DNA of 64,000 nt from Candidatus Aminicenantes bacterium (lineage in GTDB: Bacteria; Acidobacteriota; Aminicenantia; S016-38): contig JALXBI010000050.1 in NCBI GenBank assembly GCA_026991555.1, positions 245 through 64,244 of the forward strand. Direction: 5' to 3'. Positions 55,862-64,000 of the stretch are shown here, piece after piece. Below the pieces are notes generated by a model that searched no databases, was not told where the DNA came from, and was given only the letters and a program-made list of their open reading frames with translations. Each line of letters starts with the position of its first letter. The first letter of the stretch is position 1. A program made the position numbers and the translations under genes.

Positions 55862-57508
55862 TTGAAAAGAAAAATTTTAGTTTCAGTGCTTTTCCTTTCT
55901 ATCTTGGGATTTGCGGCATCAAAGGACATCTATGTAAGGGCAGGGGCCAGCGGAAACGGAACTAAAGAGGCTCCTTACGGTTATCTTTGGAAGGCCCTAC
56001 GAAAGGCAGAAAGGGGGGATGTGATACATGTGGCCCAGGGAATTTATTACGGAAAGGGCGGAAGCGGACATTTCGTAATCTCTGTTCCAGACCTGAAATT
56101 GGTGGGAGGATACAGCAAGGATTTTTCTCAGAGAGATCCCTTTAAATACCTGACCATACTTGAAAGGGAGAAAAATTATCGGGGAAAATTCACGGGATTG
56201 GGAGAGGGAATAATTGAAGGAGATTATCAGAAGGACCACAGCGGGCTGGTGGTGGACGGTTTTGTCCTCAATGGGGAAACGAGGAACGGTTACGCTCCGG
56301 ATAAAAGCAAAATCGTCCCCAGAAAATCCTGGAGGGGAGCCCTTTTTAAGGCCTACAGCCCAAACATAAAAATAAGAAACTGCATTCTCATAAATCCCTA
56401 CGGCAAGGGAATTTATGTGAAATGGCAGGGGAAAGAAAACGAAATTTCCAATAATTTCATAATAAATACCTTTTACGCAGCCATAAGCACCAGGAGCGCC
56501 CAGGCCGATGCCAGGATTCTCATAAAGAACAACACCATAGCCTTCGGATGGTTCCAGCCGGGAAACGGCGGGTCCTATGGCGTATTCGTGGGAAGACAGG
56601 GAGAGGCGATAATTGAGGACAATATTTTTGCCTATTTGCTCACCGAGGGGGGAGAGGCAGGATACGGGGTAAGCAATACCTTCGGAAACGACCTCACAGT
56701 GCTTAAGGGTAATATTTTCTATCAGAATCAGGGCGGATACTATGTTTACACCGATGAGGACGGAAGCACATTGGTGGTATGGAAAAAACAGGACCTTCAG
56801 GACCTGAACTCAGATCCGGAATCCTACATGCTGGCAGAGGCAGGGGGAAACTCTGACCAGGACCCCGGACTGAGGCCCGACAAATGGTTCTTCCGCAAGT
56901 TCTCAAATTTCGTGGCATCAAAACCTGGAAAACTCAGGATGGACGATATAAACCGTCTTAGAAGAATGCTGGGGCTTCCCCTGCAGGCAGAGAAGGCAAG
57001 CGCCCGCTCCAATTGGGGCATGCCCTATCCCCTGGAAAAGGTGGTTCCCAACCTGGTTTCCCCCACGGGAAAGGGGGTTCAGGTAAACAAAACCTTTGAG
57101 ACTTATACTTCTGCGGCAAAGATTCAGGCTCCTTCCTCCTACCAGGCAGTGGAATTTGACCAGTTCTTCGTGGATGCGAAGGGAAAGGAATTCAAAGGCG
57201 AAGCAGTGGAGTTTAAAGCCGGCATAGGCTCCTCCTGTTATAATTACTTCCTCAAGGATGCTCCCGAGAAGGATTACGCATGTATAAAACTGCTAAAACC
57301 CGGCGAATCCGATTTTACCAGAAAATACATCTTCGGATATTTCCTGAAAGGCTCAAAGGCCCACCAGAAACTCCTTAAATATTTAAAAAGAAGGAGGACC
57401 TACAACCAGCGGGGAGGAATAAGGATAAGGGGAAAAGCCTATTACATAGGAAACCCCACTTACCGTTATCCCGTGGCGGTTATAGTTTACGAGGTAAGGA
57501 AAAGATAA
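55862..57508 (+). CDS. secreted protein with parallel beta-helix-like repeats
   Basis: TTG start after the AAGGAGG RBS, signal peptide, repeated N-x-I beta-helix-like units. Confidence 0.4.
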   Translation: MKRKILVSVLFLSILGFAASKDIYVRAGASGNGTKEAPYGYLWKALRKAERGDVIHVAQGIYYGKGGSGHFVISVPDLKLVGGYSKDFSQRDPFKYLTILEREKNYRGKFTGLGEGIIEGDYQKDHSGLVVDGFVLNGETRNGYAPDKSKIVPRKSWRGALFKAYSPNIKIRNCILINPYGKGIYVKWQGKENEISNNFIINTFYAAISTRSAQADARILIKNNTIAFGWFQPGNGGSYGVFVGRQGEAIIEDNIFAYLLTEGGEAGYGVSNTFGNDLTVLKGNIFYQNQGGYYVYTDEDGSTLVVWKKQDLQDLNSDPESYMLAEAGGNSDQDPGLRPDKWFFRKFSNFVASKPGKLRMDDINRLRRMLGLPLQAEKASARSNWGMPYPLEKVVPNLVSPTGKGVQVNKTFETYTSAAKIQAPSSYQAVEFDQFFVDAKGKEFKGEAVEFKAGIGSSCYNYFLKDAPEKDYACIKLLKPGESDFTRKYIFGYFLKGSKAHQKLLKYLKRRRTYNQRGGIRIRGKAYYIGNPTYRYPVAVIVYEVRKR

Positions 57509-57559
57509 CCTGATTTCGTAGGAAAGGTTCGGAGTGGTAAATTTGAAATAAAAAGAATC

Positions 57560-57776
57560 AAAATTCGGACCTGTCCCGTTTTTGGAATCAAAATTCGGAC
57601 CTGTCCCGTTTTCAAAATTCGGACCTGTCCCGTTTTTGCAAAATTCGGACCTGTCCCGTTTTTGGGCTCGTTTTTGGAATCAAAATTCGGACATGTCCCG
57701 TTTTTGGGCTGGAAGAAGGGAGAATTTTACCGCCCGGCCCCTGACACCTAACACAGCATTCTGTCCCTAAAATTCG
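57560..57776. repeat. tandem array of five ~24-bp direct repeats AAAATTCGGACCTGTCCCGTTTTT plus a partial terminal copy
   Basis: Copies start near 57560, 57590, 57614, 57640 and 57682, with spacers of 1-18 nt. The fifth copy has one substitution (ACATGTCC). The partial copy ctgtccctaaaattcg is at 57761-57776. Confidence 0.85.
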
Positions 57777-57867
57777 ATTAGATAAAAGGGACCCATCCAG
57801 TTATTCGATTTGTTTACGGTATTTACGATATACGATAGGAGGTGGGAACTTGGGGAAAGAGGAAGAG

Positions 57868-59097
57868 TTAAATTCTTTTCAGAATATTAACAGTCCTTTC
57901 AAGATTGTATTTGGCAAGGCACACATCTCCTTCCTGCCCTAGCAGAAGCATAATTAGGTTTTTCCCATGACGGTGAACCAGGAAATTGCCTTCAGAAGCT
58001 TCGGTCAGGAAACTCCTAAGTTCCTGAGCAGTGGCCTTTTTGTAAACATTGAATGCCAGGGCAAACAACCCGGTCATCCTTGAGAAAAACTCCTCCATTT
58101 TCTCCTTCTCTCTTTCGTTTATAACATCAATGGCCATTATTCTTTCATCTTCCCCTATAATGGCCGATGCGAGGTAACCCGGAACCGTTCTCAGGCTGGC
58201 CAGCACTTCTTCCTGAGAAAGCAGAGGTTCGTGGGCCTCTATTTCCTCCTCTTCCATTTCATGACGTCCCAGGGGTTCTTCATCCATGGGGGGTAATTCC
58301 GAGGTATCCGCCTCTCTGGGTTCTTTCTGCTCCCGGGGAGGTTCCTCCTGGGCAGAACTCATTTTTGCAGTGTCCACTTCTTTTGCTGTTTTTCCCTTTG
58401 TCTCACCCATGCCCTTCCTTTCGTCCTTTATCTTTATGGACTCCATTATGAGCTCTTCCAGGGGCTTTTCTACGGTTATTAATTTCCTCTTTCCCAGCCT
58501 TTTCATGACGACGATGTTCACGTTTTCCCAGGTTAGTATTTCAAGGGCTGCTTCTTCTCCCTCCTCCTTTTCTGTCTTAGCGTGCACGAGAACCCCTTCG
58601 TCAAAGTGGAGGGCCCCCCTTCTTCCGTCCTTGGTGGTTACTATCATGGTGCATGTTTTCTCCTCATACTGGATGAGCTGGGCCAGGTGCGCCGCAGAGA
58701 GAAAGGTAAATTCTTCCTTCATGAGGAGGTCCTGGTCAAAGACTTCAAGGATGGCCTTGGCCAGCTGGTCCAGGGATATGGGCTTTTCCAGATACCTTAT
58801 GGCTCCTATACTTTCGGCTTTTAATTTTATCGGTAAAGAGCCGTAGGCTGTTATAAGCACGAAGGGAATGTAAGGAAATTCCTGCACCACAAAGGATAAA
58901 AGGTCCAGCCCGTCAACTTCCGGCATCTTAAGGTCCGAAACCACCAGGTCTATTTTCTCCTTCCGGAGTATTTCCATGGCCTTTTTTCCTGATGAGGCGA
59001 AGATGGGCTCTATCCGATCCCTGTATTTTTTCAGACCATCTTTAAGGGTTAAAAGAAGGTTTTCATCGTCATCTACTATGAGAACTTTTTTGGTCAT
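57868..59097 (-). CDS. response regulator: REC plus DUF4388 plus acidic linker plus Roadblock/LC7-like domain (paralogue of 17961..19022)
   Basis: Aligns by eye along its whole length with the regulator at 17961. REC: VLIVDDDENL...DLKMPEVDG. DUF4388: FTFLSAAHLAQLIQYEEKTCTMIV. Confidence 0.65.
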   Translation of the reverse strand: MTKKVLIVDDDENLLLTLKDGLKKYRDRIEPIFASSGKKAMEILRKEKIDLVVSDLKMPEVDGLDLLSFVVQEFPYIPFVLITAYGSLPIKLKAESIGAIRYLEKPISLDQLAKAILEVFDQDLLMKEEFTFLSAAHLAQLIQYEEKTCTMIVTTKDGRRGALHFDEGVLVHAKTEKEEGEEAALEILTWENVNIVVMKRLGKRKLITVEKPLEELIMESIKIKDERKGMGETKGKTAKEVDTAKMSSAQEEPPREQKEPREADTSELPPMDEEPLGRHEMEEEEIEAHEPLLSQEEVLASLRTVPGYLASAIIGEDERIMAIDVINEREKEKMEEFFSRMTGLFALAFNVYKKATAQELRSFLTEASEGNFLVHRHGKNLIMLLLGQEGDVCLAKYNLERTVNILKRI

Positions 59098-59109
59098 ATT
59101 AAACCTCCC

Positions 59110-60111
59110 TTATTTCTCGTCATTTTTTTCCTTCCAAAGGGGAAGGTAAACCATAGCCAGGGCCCCTCCTGAGGCATTTACGATTTCCAGATGCCCTCCC
59201 ATGGCAGTTACGAGTCTTTTAGAAATCGCAAGCCCCATGCCGGTTCCGTTCTTTTTGGTAGTGAAGAAAGGAACAAAAATTTTCTTGAGAACCTCCGGAG
59301 GAATGCCGGGGCCGCTATCGTATATGGATATTCTTGCGAAACCCTTCATGGTATGGACTCTTACCTGGATTATTTTTTCTCCCCGGGTTTTTTCCATGGC
59401 TTCTACGGAGTTCTTTATCAGGTTTACTAAAACCTGCCGGAGGGCCATGGGATCTGCTTTAACAAAGACATCGGGGATTTCGTCCAGGAATATGCTTATA
59501 TTAGAGGACTTTTTGAGTTCATCACCGAACAAAACCGTTTTGGGGATAAACTCCCGGAGATTAACTTTTGTCAGGGACAATCTGCCAACTGCCAGGAAGT
59601 TTTTCATGGTTGCCAGAACCTTTTCTATGGATTCCGCCTCCTGCATTATTCTGTTCAGGTATTCCTCAATTTTCTCAGGGGCAAATTCTTTGTACTGTTC
59701 CCTTAAAACCCCCAAGGAGAGCTTTATTATGTTAAGGGGATTGCCTATCTCATGTCTCAGTATTGAAAAGAGCTGGTTGAATCTTTCAACGGCCCCCCTT
59801 TCCCTTTGCAAACCCAGAAGAAAAAGGGCTTCGGAAATGTTTTTTATGAAAAAAATCAGGTATTTTCCGTACTCCTCGAAAACATAGCCGTAGGTTTCCT
59901 GACCTATGGAAATTTCGGACATTTTAATGTCTTTTTTTATGGCGTCTTCAAGGAGATTCGGCAGGATTACTTTTAATCCTTTTTCCATAAGTTGGTTGAG
60001 AAATCTGTTGGAATAAAGAATGGAATATTTTTCCGGGTTTATTATTCCAAAGCCCACGGAAACGCTATTGATGATTTCCTCAAGGGCAAATTCTACTCCG
60101 TTTACCTGCAT
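59110..60111 (-). CDS. soluble sensor histidine kinase (paralogue of 15519..16499)
   Basis: H-box HEIGNPLNIIKLS. G-boxes DSGPGIP and GTGMGL. Confidence 0.8.
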   Translation of the reverse strand: MQVNGVEFALEEIINSVSVGFGIINPEKYSILYSNRFLNQLMEKGLKVILPNLLEDAIKKDIKMSEISIGQETYGYVFEEYGKYLIFFIKNISEALFLLGLQRERGAVERFNQLFSILRHEIGNPLNIIKLSLGVLREQYKEFAPEKIEEYLNRIMQEAESIEKVLATMKNFLAVGRLSLTKVNLREFIPKTVLFGDELKKSSNISIFLDEIPDVFVKADPMALRQVLVNLIKNSVEAMEKTRGEKIIQVRVHTMKGFARISIYDSGPGIPPEVLKKIFVPFFTTKKNGTGMGLAISKRLVTAMGGHLEIVNASGGALAMVYLPLWKEKNDEK

Positions 60112-60114
60112 AGT

Positions 60115-60714
60115 TTACCCGGTAATTTTGGCGATGTTATTGAACAGGATTTTTATTTTGCTGATGGAGCTTCTGGAGCCCACGGCCACCACGGCGTTGA
60201 GCTCCGGTTTTAATTTCACCCCTACAAATATGAGCCCGTTCTTCATCTCCCTTTCAATCATTCTGGCTGTAAGGGATGCCCCCCTCGTAAGATGGGGAAG
60301 AATCTCTGTTCGCACAAGCTTTAGGTTCTCCTCCTCAGGTTCGGGAAGGCTCTCTATGTAAGGCTCACCGTGGTCGTCCAGTATAACAAATCCCTTTACA
60401 TCGTCTATGTTTTGAAGATGCTGGGTCATGAAGCTGGAGAGAAGGTTCATAGCAGGAGCGGATATAACCTCCCTCATGTCCATCAGTTCAATTTCCCGCT
60501 CCTGTAGAAGGGCATCCAGGGCCTCATCCCCTTCAGAATGCCCATACTTGATCCACCTGACCTCACCGTCCCTGTAAAGAAGATGTCCCAGCCCCCTTTT
60601 TCCCTTAAAGGTAAGCCTGAGAACTTCCTCCGGGCTTTTCAGCGACAGGAGGGTAAGGACATCGTCAAATTTCATCCTGATTCCCATAACAAACCAACCC
60701 TCAAAACCGTTCAA
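60115..60714 (-). CDS. stand-alone DUF4388-domain protein (paralogue of 19135..19707)
   Basis: KFDDVLTLLSLKSPEEVLRLTF pattern. The annotated start is a TTG; an ATG start 27 nt downstream with a GAGGG RBS is also possible. Confidence 0.45.
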   Translation of the reverse strand: MNGFEGWFVMGIRMKFDDVLTLLSLKSPEEVLRLTFKGKRGLGHLLYRDGEVRWIKYGHSEGDEALDALLQEREIELMDMREVISAPAMNLLSSFMTQHLQNIDDVKGFVILDDHGEPYIESLPEPEEENLKLVRTEILPHLTRGASLTARMIEREMKNGLIFVGVKLKPELNAVVAVGSRSSISKIKILFNNIAKITG

Positions 60715-60730
60715 AATTTAGAGAGCTTAA

Positions 60731-60759
60731 AAAATATCAAAAATCTCCTATTGTGTCAA
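60731..60759 (-). promoter_or_regulatory. sigma-70-like promoter (TTGACA, 17-nt spacer, TATTTT) for the minus-strand DUF4388-HK-RR operon
   Basis: The reverse complement of 60731-60759 reads TTGACAcaataggagatttttgaTATTTT. Confidence 0.35.
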
Positions 60760-60815
60760 TAATAGCATAGCATAAACAAATGCATCTTCAAGTGGCAAAA
60801 GTAAGGAAAAATATG

Positions 60816-61196
60816 TCATTGATGCTTTCTATCCTCCTTTTTATCGCACTCGCCGGATTTTTCTATGGGTGATATTTTTCCCTTTAAGATCAAGGTAATG
60901 ACCTCTTCTACTCTCCCGGAGACCCCAACGAAGGGTTTTACCCCGAGATCCAAAAACCACTGCTGTGCCCTGGGACCCATTCCTCCTGAGACTATAATGC
61001 CGGCTCCCTGCTCTGCTATGAACTGGGGGATTTGCCCTGGAGAATGCTCGTTGGCCGCAGGATTTTCTACCACCAGATAATCCCTTATCTCCCCATTTTC
61101 CACATCAACGAAGGTATAATAAGGACATCGTCCGAAGTGCTGGGCTATTTTTCCCTTAAGCCCCTCAGGGGTTTCAGTTGCAAATGCTATTCTCAT
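60816..61196 (-). CDS. NifB/NifX-family (dinitrogenase FeMo-cofactor-binding fold) small protein
   Basis: RIAFATE...GKIAQHFGRCPYYTFVDVENGE...GAGIIVSGGMGPRA matches the PF02579-like pattern. Confidence 0.6.
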   Translation of the reverse strand: MRIAFATETPEGLKGKIAQHFGRCPYYTFVDVENGEIRDYLVVENPAANEHSPGQIPQFIAEQGAGIIVSGGMGPRAQQWFLDLGVKPFVGVSGRVEEVITLILKGKISPIEKSGECDKKEDRKHQ

Positions 61197-61254
61197 ATCC
61201 TAATTATAGCAGAGATTGACAGGGGTGAAGGCCTTGATATATAATTTTTTACCT

Positions 61255-61328
61255 GGCGGCGTAGCTCAGTTGGTTAGAGCATGCGGCTCATATCCGCAGC
61301 GTCGGGGGTTCAAATCCCTCCGCCGCCA
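61255..61328 (+). tRNA. tRNA with anticodon CAU (elongator Met, or Ile2 after lysidine modification)
   Basis: Cloverleaf: acceptor GGCGGCG/CGCCGCC, D-arm AGCTCAGTTGGTTAGAGC, anticodon stem TGCGG/CCGCA with loop CTCATAT, T-arm GGTTCAAATCC. CCA is not encoded. Confidence 0.85.
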
Positions 61329-61337
61329 TTTTTTTTT

Positions 61338-62693
61338 ATGCCCTACAGAAAGTTCAAGGAAACGGTCAGAAAAAATTCTCTTATTTCCCCGGGGGATAGA
61401 ATTCTGGTGGCTTTTTCCGGAGGACCGGATTCCACGGTTCTTCTCCATTTTCTTTTTCTTTTTACCGAAGAGATAAATTATTCTTTGGCAGTGGCCCATT
61501 TTAACCACGGCTTGAGGGAGGAAGCGGACCATGAGGAGGAATTCTGCAGGCAAAGGGCCAGGGAATACGACCTTCCCTTTTTCTCGGCTAAAGAGGATGT
61601 GAGAAGATTTGCCAGAGAAAGGGGATTAAACCTTGAGGAGGCAGGCCGGATTCTGAGGTATGAATTTCTGGACCAATTGGCCAGGAAAGAGGGCTACAAT
61701 AAAATTGCCACAGGCCATACCCTTTCCGACCAGGCTGAAACCCTCCTTTACAGAATGCTCAGGGGAGCTGGGACCAGCGGTCTTTCCGGAATACCTCTGC
61801 TGCGGGAGGGAAAATACATAAGGCCCCTGCTTAATATTTCCCGCAGGGAAATAATGGACTTTATTAAAAGGGTGGGAATACCCTTCCTTGAGGACCCGTC
61901 CAATCTGGACCTTTCCTTTGACCGAAACTGGTTAAGGCACAAACTGATCCCTATTTTAAAGGAAAGGTTCTCCGGGATTGAGGAAACTCTGGCCCGGGAA
62001 GCGGACATCCTCTATCACGAAAACCTGTGGATTGATTCCTTGGTGGAGGGGGAACTGGAGAAAAGACTTAGGGGAAGAAGACTGAAGGTTGAGGACTGGG
62101 ATTTGCTGCCTCTGGGTTTTAAAAGGAGACTTTTAAGGGGCTTTTTGAGAAAAATGAGGGGGAACCTCAGGAGAATAAATTTTGACCACATTGATCACCT
62201 GGTTAACCTGAAGCCTGGAGAAGAATACTACATACCCGGAGGGGAAAGGGTTTTAAGGCAGAGCAGGCATTTCTTTTACCTTGGAAAAATTCCCGAATAC
62301 AGGGAGCTTTACCTTGAGATTCCCCGCCCTGGTGAATACGAGGCGGAGGGGTTGTGGAGGATAAAACTCAGGGAATGGGAAGGAGAGGGGGATTTTTCCA
62401 GGAGGGCCGTTGCCTACATCTCCGGGGTGGAACTTCCCATCGTGGTAAGAAACTGGAGGCCCGGCGATAAATACACTCCCTTAGGCTCTGACAGTCCCAG
62501 GAAGCTTTCCAACATGTTCAACGCCGGGGGGATTCCCGGGCCTTTAAGGAGGTTCATTCCGGTTTTTGAAAAGGACGGGGAGATAATCTGGGTTTATTCC
62601 CTTCCAGTGGCTGAGCGGTTTAAGTTTACAGGTAAGGGCTTTGTGGTAAAGGTAATCCCGCTGCTTCCGGTTTTTCAGGCCCTGGTGGATTGA
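61338..62693 (+). CDS. tilS: tRNA(Ile)-lysidine synthetase
   Basis: PP-loop SGGPDSTVLL plus TilS downstream domains. Start taken at the ATG at 61338, because the track ORF start at 61281 lies inside the tRNA. Confidence 0.85.
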   Translation: MPYRKFKETVRKNSLISPGDRILVAFSGGPDSTVLLHFLFLFTEEINYSLAVAHFNHGLREEADHEEEFCRQRAREYDLPFFSAKEDVRRFARERGLNLEEAGRILRYEFLDQLARKEGYNKIATGHTLSDQAETLLYRMLRGAGTSGLSGIPLLREGKYIRPLLNISRREIMDFIKRVGIPFLEDPSNLDLSFDRNWLRHKLIPILKERFSGIEETLAREADILYHENLWIDSLVEGELEKRLRGRRLKVEDWDLLPLGFKRRLLRGFLRKMRGNLRRINFDHIDHLVNLKPGEEYYIPGGERVLRQSRHFFYLGKIPEYRELYLEIPRPGEYEAEGLWRIKLREWEGEGDFSRRAVAYISGVELPIVVRNWRPGDKYTPLGSDSPRKLSNMFNAGGIPGPLRRFIPVFEKDGEIIWVYSLPVAERFKFTGKGFVVKVIPLLPVFQALVD

Positions 62694-62745
62694 ACTGGCG
62701 TTCCGTTTTCTGAAAAACAGGGATTTTCAAGTAAAATATCATGGC

Positions 62746-63900
62746 ATGCAGGTGGTAAGTGTAATATATCTTTCCAGGATTTCCCTGATAGTCCAGATGG
62801 GAGTGGTTTTGGTTCTTCTCCTGTTTTTCTTCACTGGATGGTTGACAGTGAAAAGGTTCCTCATGAAGATATGGGCCCTTGCCTGGCTTCTTGATTTTCT
62901 CGCCTTAGCAAGCGTCGCTGCCTCAACTTTTTTCCTTTACGGTGGATTTATAAATAGACTTTTGTATTTCCTTTATTCAATCCTTAAAACATCCTTTCTT
63001 TCCCTATTAATTCTGGGCGTGCTTCTGGTGCTGGGATACCAGGAATTTGATAGATTTAAAAAATACTATTTAGGCTTATCCCTGGTTTTTACCGGGATTT
63101 ACCTGTGGGTAATTTTTGCCTTTTCTCCAGCACATCTTCAGGGAGTGGTGGATATTGCGATAGGATTGATGTCGCTGGTTACCGGTTTGAAGGTTTTAGG
63201 GAAGAGAATAGAGCTCTATCCTATAAAATTGCTTTCCTCCGGCCTGATTTTCTATGGAGCTATTTTTCTCCACCACGGTTTCCTTATCCTTCCCCTTTTC
63301 TGGGGGAGGAAACCCCCGAGATACATGGGACATATTTCTTTTGTAGATGCCATAGTGGAGCTGGTGCTGGGTGTTTTCATATTTCTTAGCTATCAAATTT
63401 ATTCTCTAAGGAAGGTAAAACTCATGAACCTGCAGCTGGAGGAGAACCAGCGGAAGCTCCGAAGTCTGGTGGATGTGGATCCTTTAACAGGGCTTTACAA
63501 CAGGAGAAAATTGAGGGAATATGCTCTGGGACTGCAGTGGGGAATCCTGGCCTTTATTGACATTGACGATTTTAAGCAGATAAATGACCGGTGGGGCCAC
63601 GAGGTGGGCGACGAATATCTGAAGGCCATGGCGGAAGTCCTGAAAAGCTCCTTTCGCTCTGAAGGGCTTTTTAGAATAGGGGGGGACGAGTTTTTAATAG
63701 TTAGTTTCCAGGAGGATAAGGAAAGTTTCCAGGGGAGAATAGAGGAAATGCGATCCAGACTGAGGAGGATTCGTGCACTTCCCTCTCCCCTAAGGATTTC
63801 CGTGGGAATTTCAGAATTTGGAAAGGACAAGAGCTTTTCCCAGGCCCTCCATGAGGCCGACCTTTCCATGTATTCAGAAAAGAGGGAAAAGAAAGCATAG
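62746..63900 (+). CDS. membrane-anchored GGDEF-domain diguanylate cyclase
   Basis: N-terminal polytopic domain of about 6 TM segments. GGDEF motif RIGGDEF. Upstream DxLTGLYNRR. Confidence 0.8.
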   Translation: MQVVSVIYLSRISLIVQMGVVLVLLLFFFTGWLTVKRFLMKIWALAWLLDFLALASVAASTFFLYGGFINRLLYFLYSILKTSFLSLLILGVLLVLGYQEFDRFKKYYLGLSLVFTGIYLWVIFAFSPAHLQGVVDIAIGLMSLVTGLKVLGKRIELYPIKLLSSGLIFYGAIFLHHGFLILPLFWGRKPPRYMGHISFVDAIVELVLGVFIFLSYQIYSLRKVKLMNLQLEENQRKLRSLVDVDPLTGLYNRRKLREYALGLQWGILAFIDIDDFKQINDRWGHEVGDEYLKAMAEVLKSSFRSEGLFRIGGDEFLIVSFQEDKESFQGRIEEMRSRLRRIRALPSPLRISVGISEFGKDKSFSQALHEADLSMYSEKREKKA

Positions 63901-64000
63901 TTTAAAGTGAGGGCTCAGCTATGTATAATATTAAAGTGAGGAAATTGATATTTCTCGTTTTCCCCCTTTACCTTCTGGGAGCCACGGTCTTCCTTTGCAG

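Noticed and set aside
57582-57770. 62-aa ORF (FGPVPF... repeats) in the ORF track
   Set aside because: It is entirely generated by the tandem DNA repeats and starts at a TTG. Not protein-coding.
57560-57776. Tandem repeat array considered as a CRISPR array
   Set aside because: Repeats are only ~24 bp and the spacers are 1-18 nt. There is no repeat-spacer periodicity, no leader and no cas genes nearby. It is a tandem direct-repeat array, not CRISPR.
60816-61196. NifX/NifB-like protein as evidence of nitrogen fixation
   Set aside because: It is a stand-alone small FeMoco-binding-fold homologue with no nifHDK/nifB context. Such proteins are common in non-diazotrophs.
61281-61337. N-terminal extension of tilS (MRLISAASGVQIPPPPFFF) from the track
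   Set aside because: These codons are the tRNA-CAU gene and its T-tract read in another frame. tilS begins at the ATG at 61338.

Overview
This 64-kb window looks like it comes from a thermophilic diderm bacterium: it carries LPS genes lpxK/waaA/heptosyltransferase, a type IV pilus cluster, and Rex. Most genes are tightly packed and overlap by a few nucleotides. Main contents, in order. (1) A low-GC accessory/defence-like island at 1..4300 (GC estimated by eye from a few lines, not computed). It holds two large unknown proteins, an RHH-RelE toxin-antitoxin pair, and an AbiEii-family nucleotidyltransferase cassette flanked by an imperfect ~100-bp direct repeat of about 100 bp. (2) A minus-strand operon of 13 genes at 4357..15397, led by the redox repressor Rex. 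It encodes an Mrp-antiporter/complex-I-like membrane complex whose gene order matches the archaeal Mbx/Mbs type. Three features stand out. The catalytic large subunit has an incomplete [NiFe]-ligand set. Two antiporter modules are fused into one 1047-aa protein. The terminal NuoI-like ferredoxin subunit is fused to a GltD/NfnB/SudA-like NAD(P)H:FAD oxidoreductase. (3) Two paralogous signalling modules sit about 40 kb apart in inverted orientation. Each has a soluble histidine kinase, a REC-DUF4388-Roadblock-like response regulator, and a stand-alone DUF4388 protein. Module 1 also has a sigma-54 activator and a sigma-54 promoter. (4) A type IV pilus cluster, pilB-pilT-pilC-pilS-pilR, continues without gaps into a PAPS-reductase-like/LuxE-like/LuxC-like trio. 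pilA, with a sigma-54 promoter and a rho-independent terminator, lies further on. (5) Housekeeping genes: rph, lpxK, waaA, heptosyltransferase, an S46 peptidase, an ECF sigma/anti-sigma pair, der, fabD, purF, an ABC transporter, pyk, a YhaM-like nuclease, a tRNA-CAU placed immediately 5' of tilS, and a GGDEF cyclase. (6) A family of ~24-bp direct repeats built around a GGAC-CT-GTCC dyad. These occur as tandem arrays in three intergenic regions (3343, 53251-53327, 57560-57776). They are not CRISPR arrays. No rRNA, CRISPR array or canonical IS element was seen. All coordinates were indexed by hand and may be off by one.
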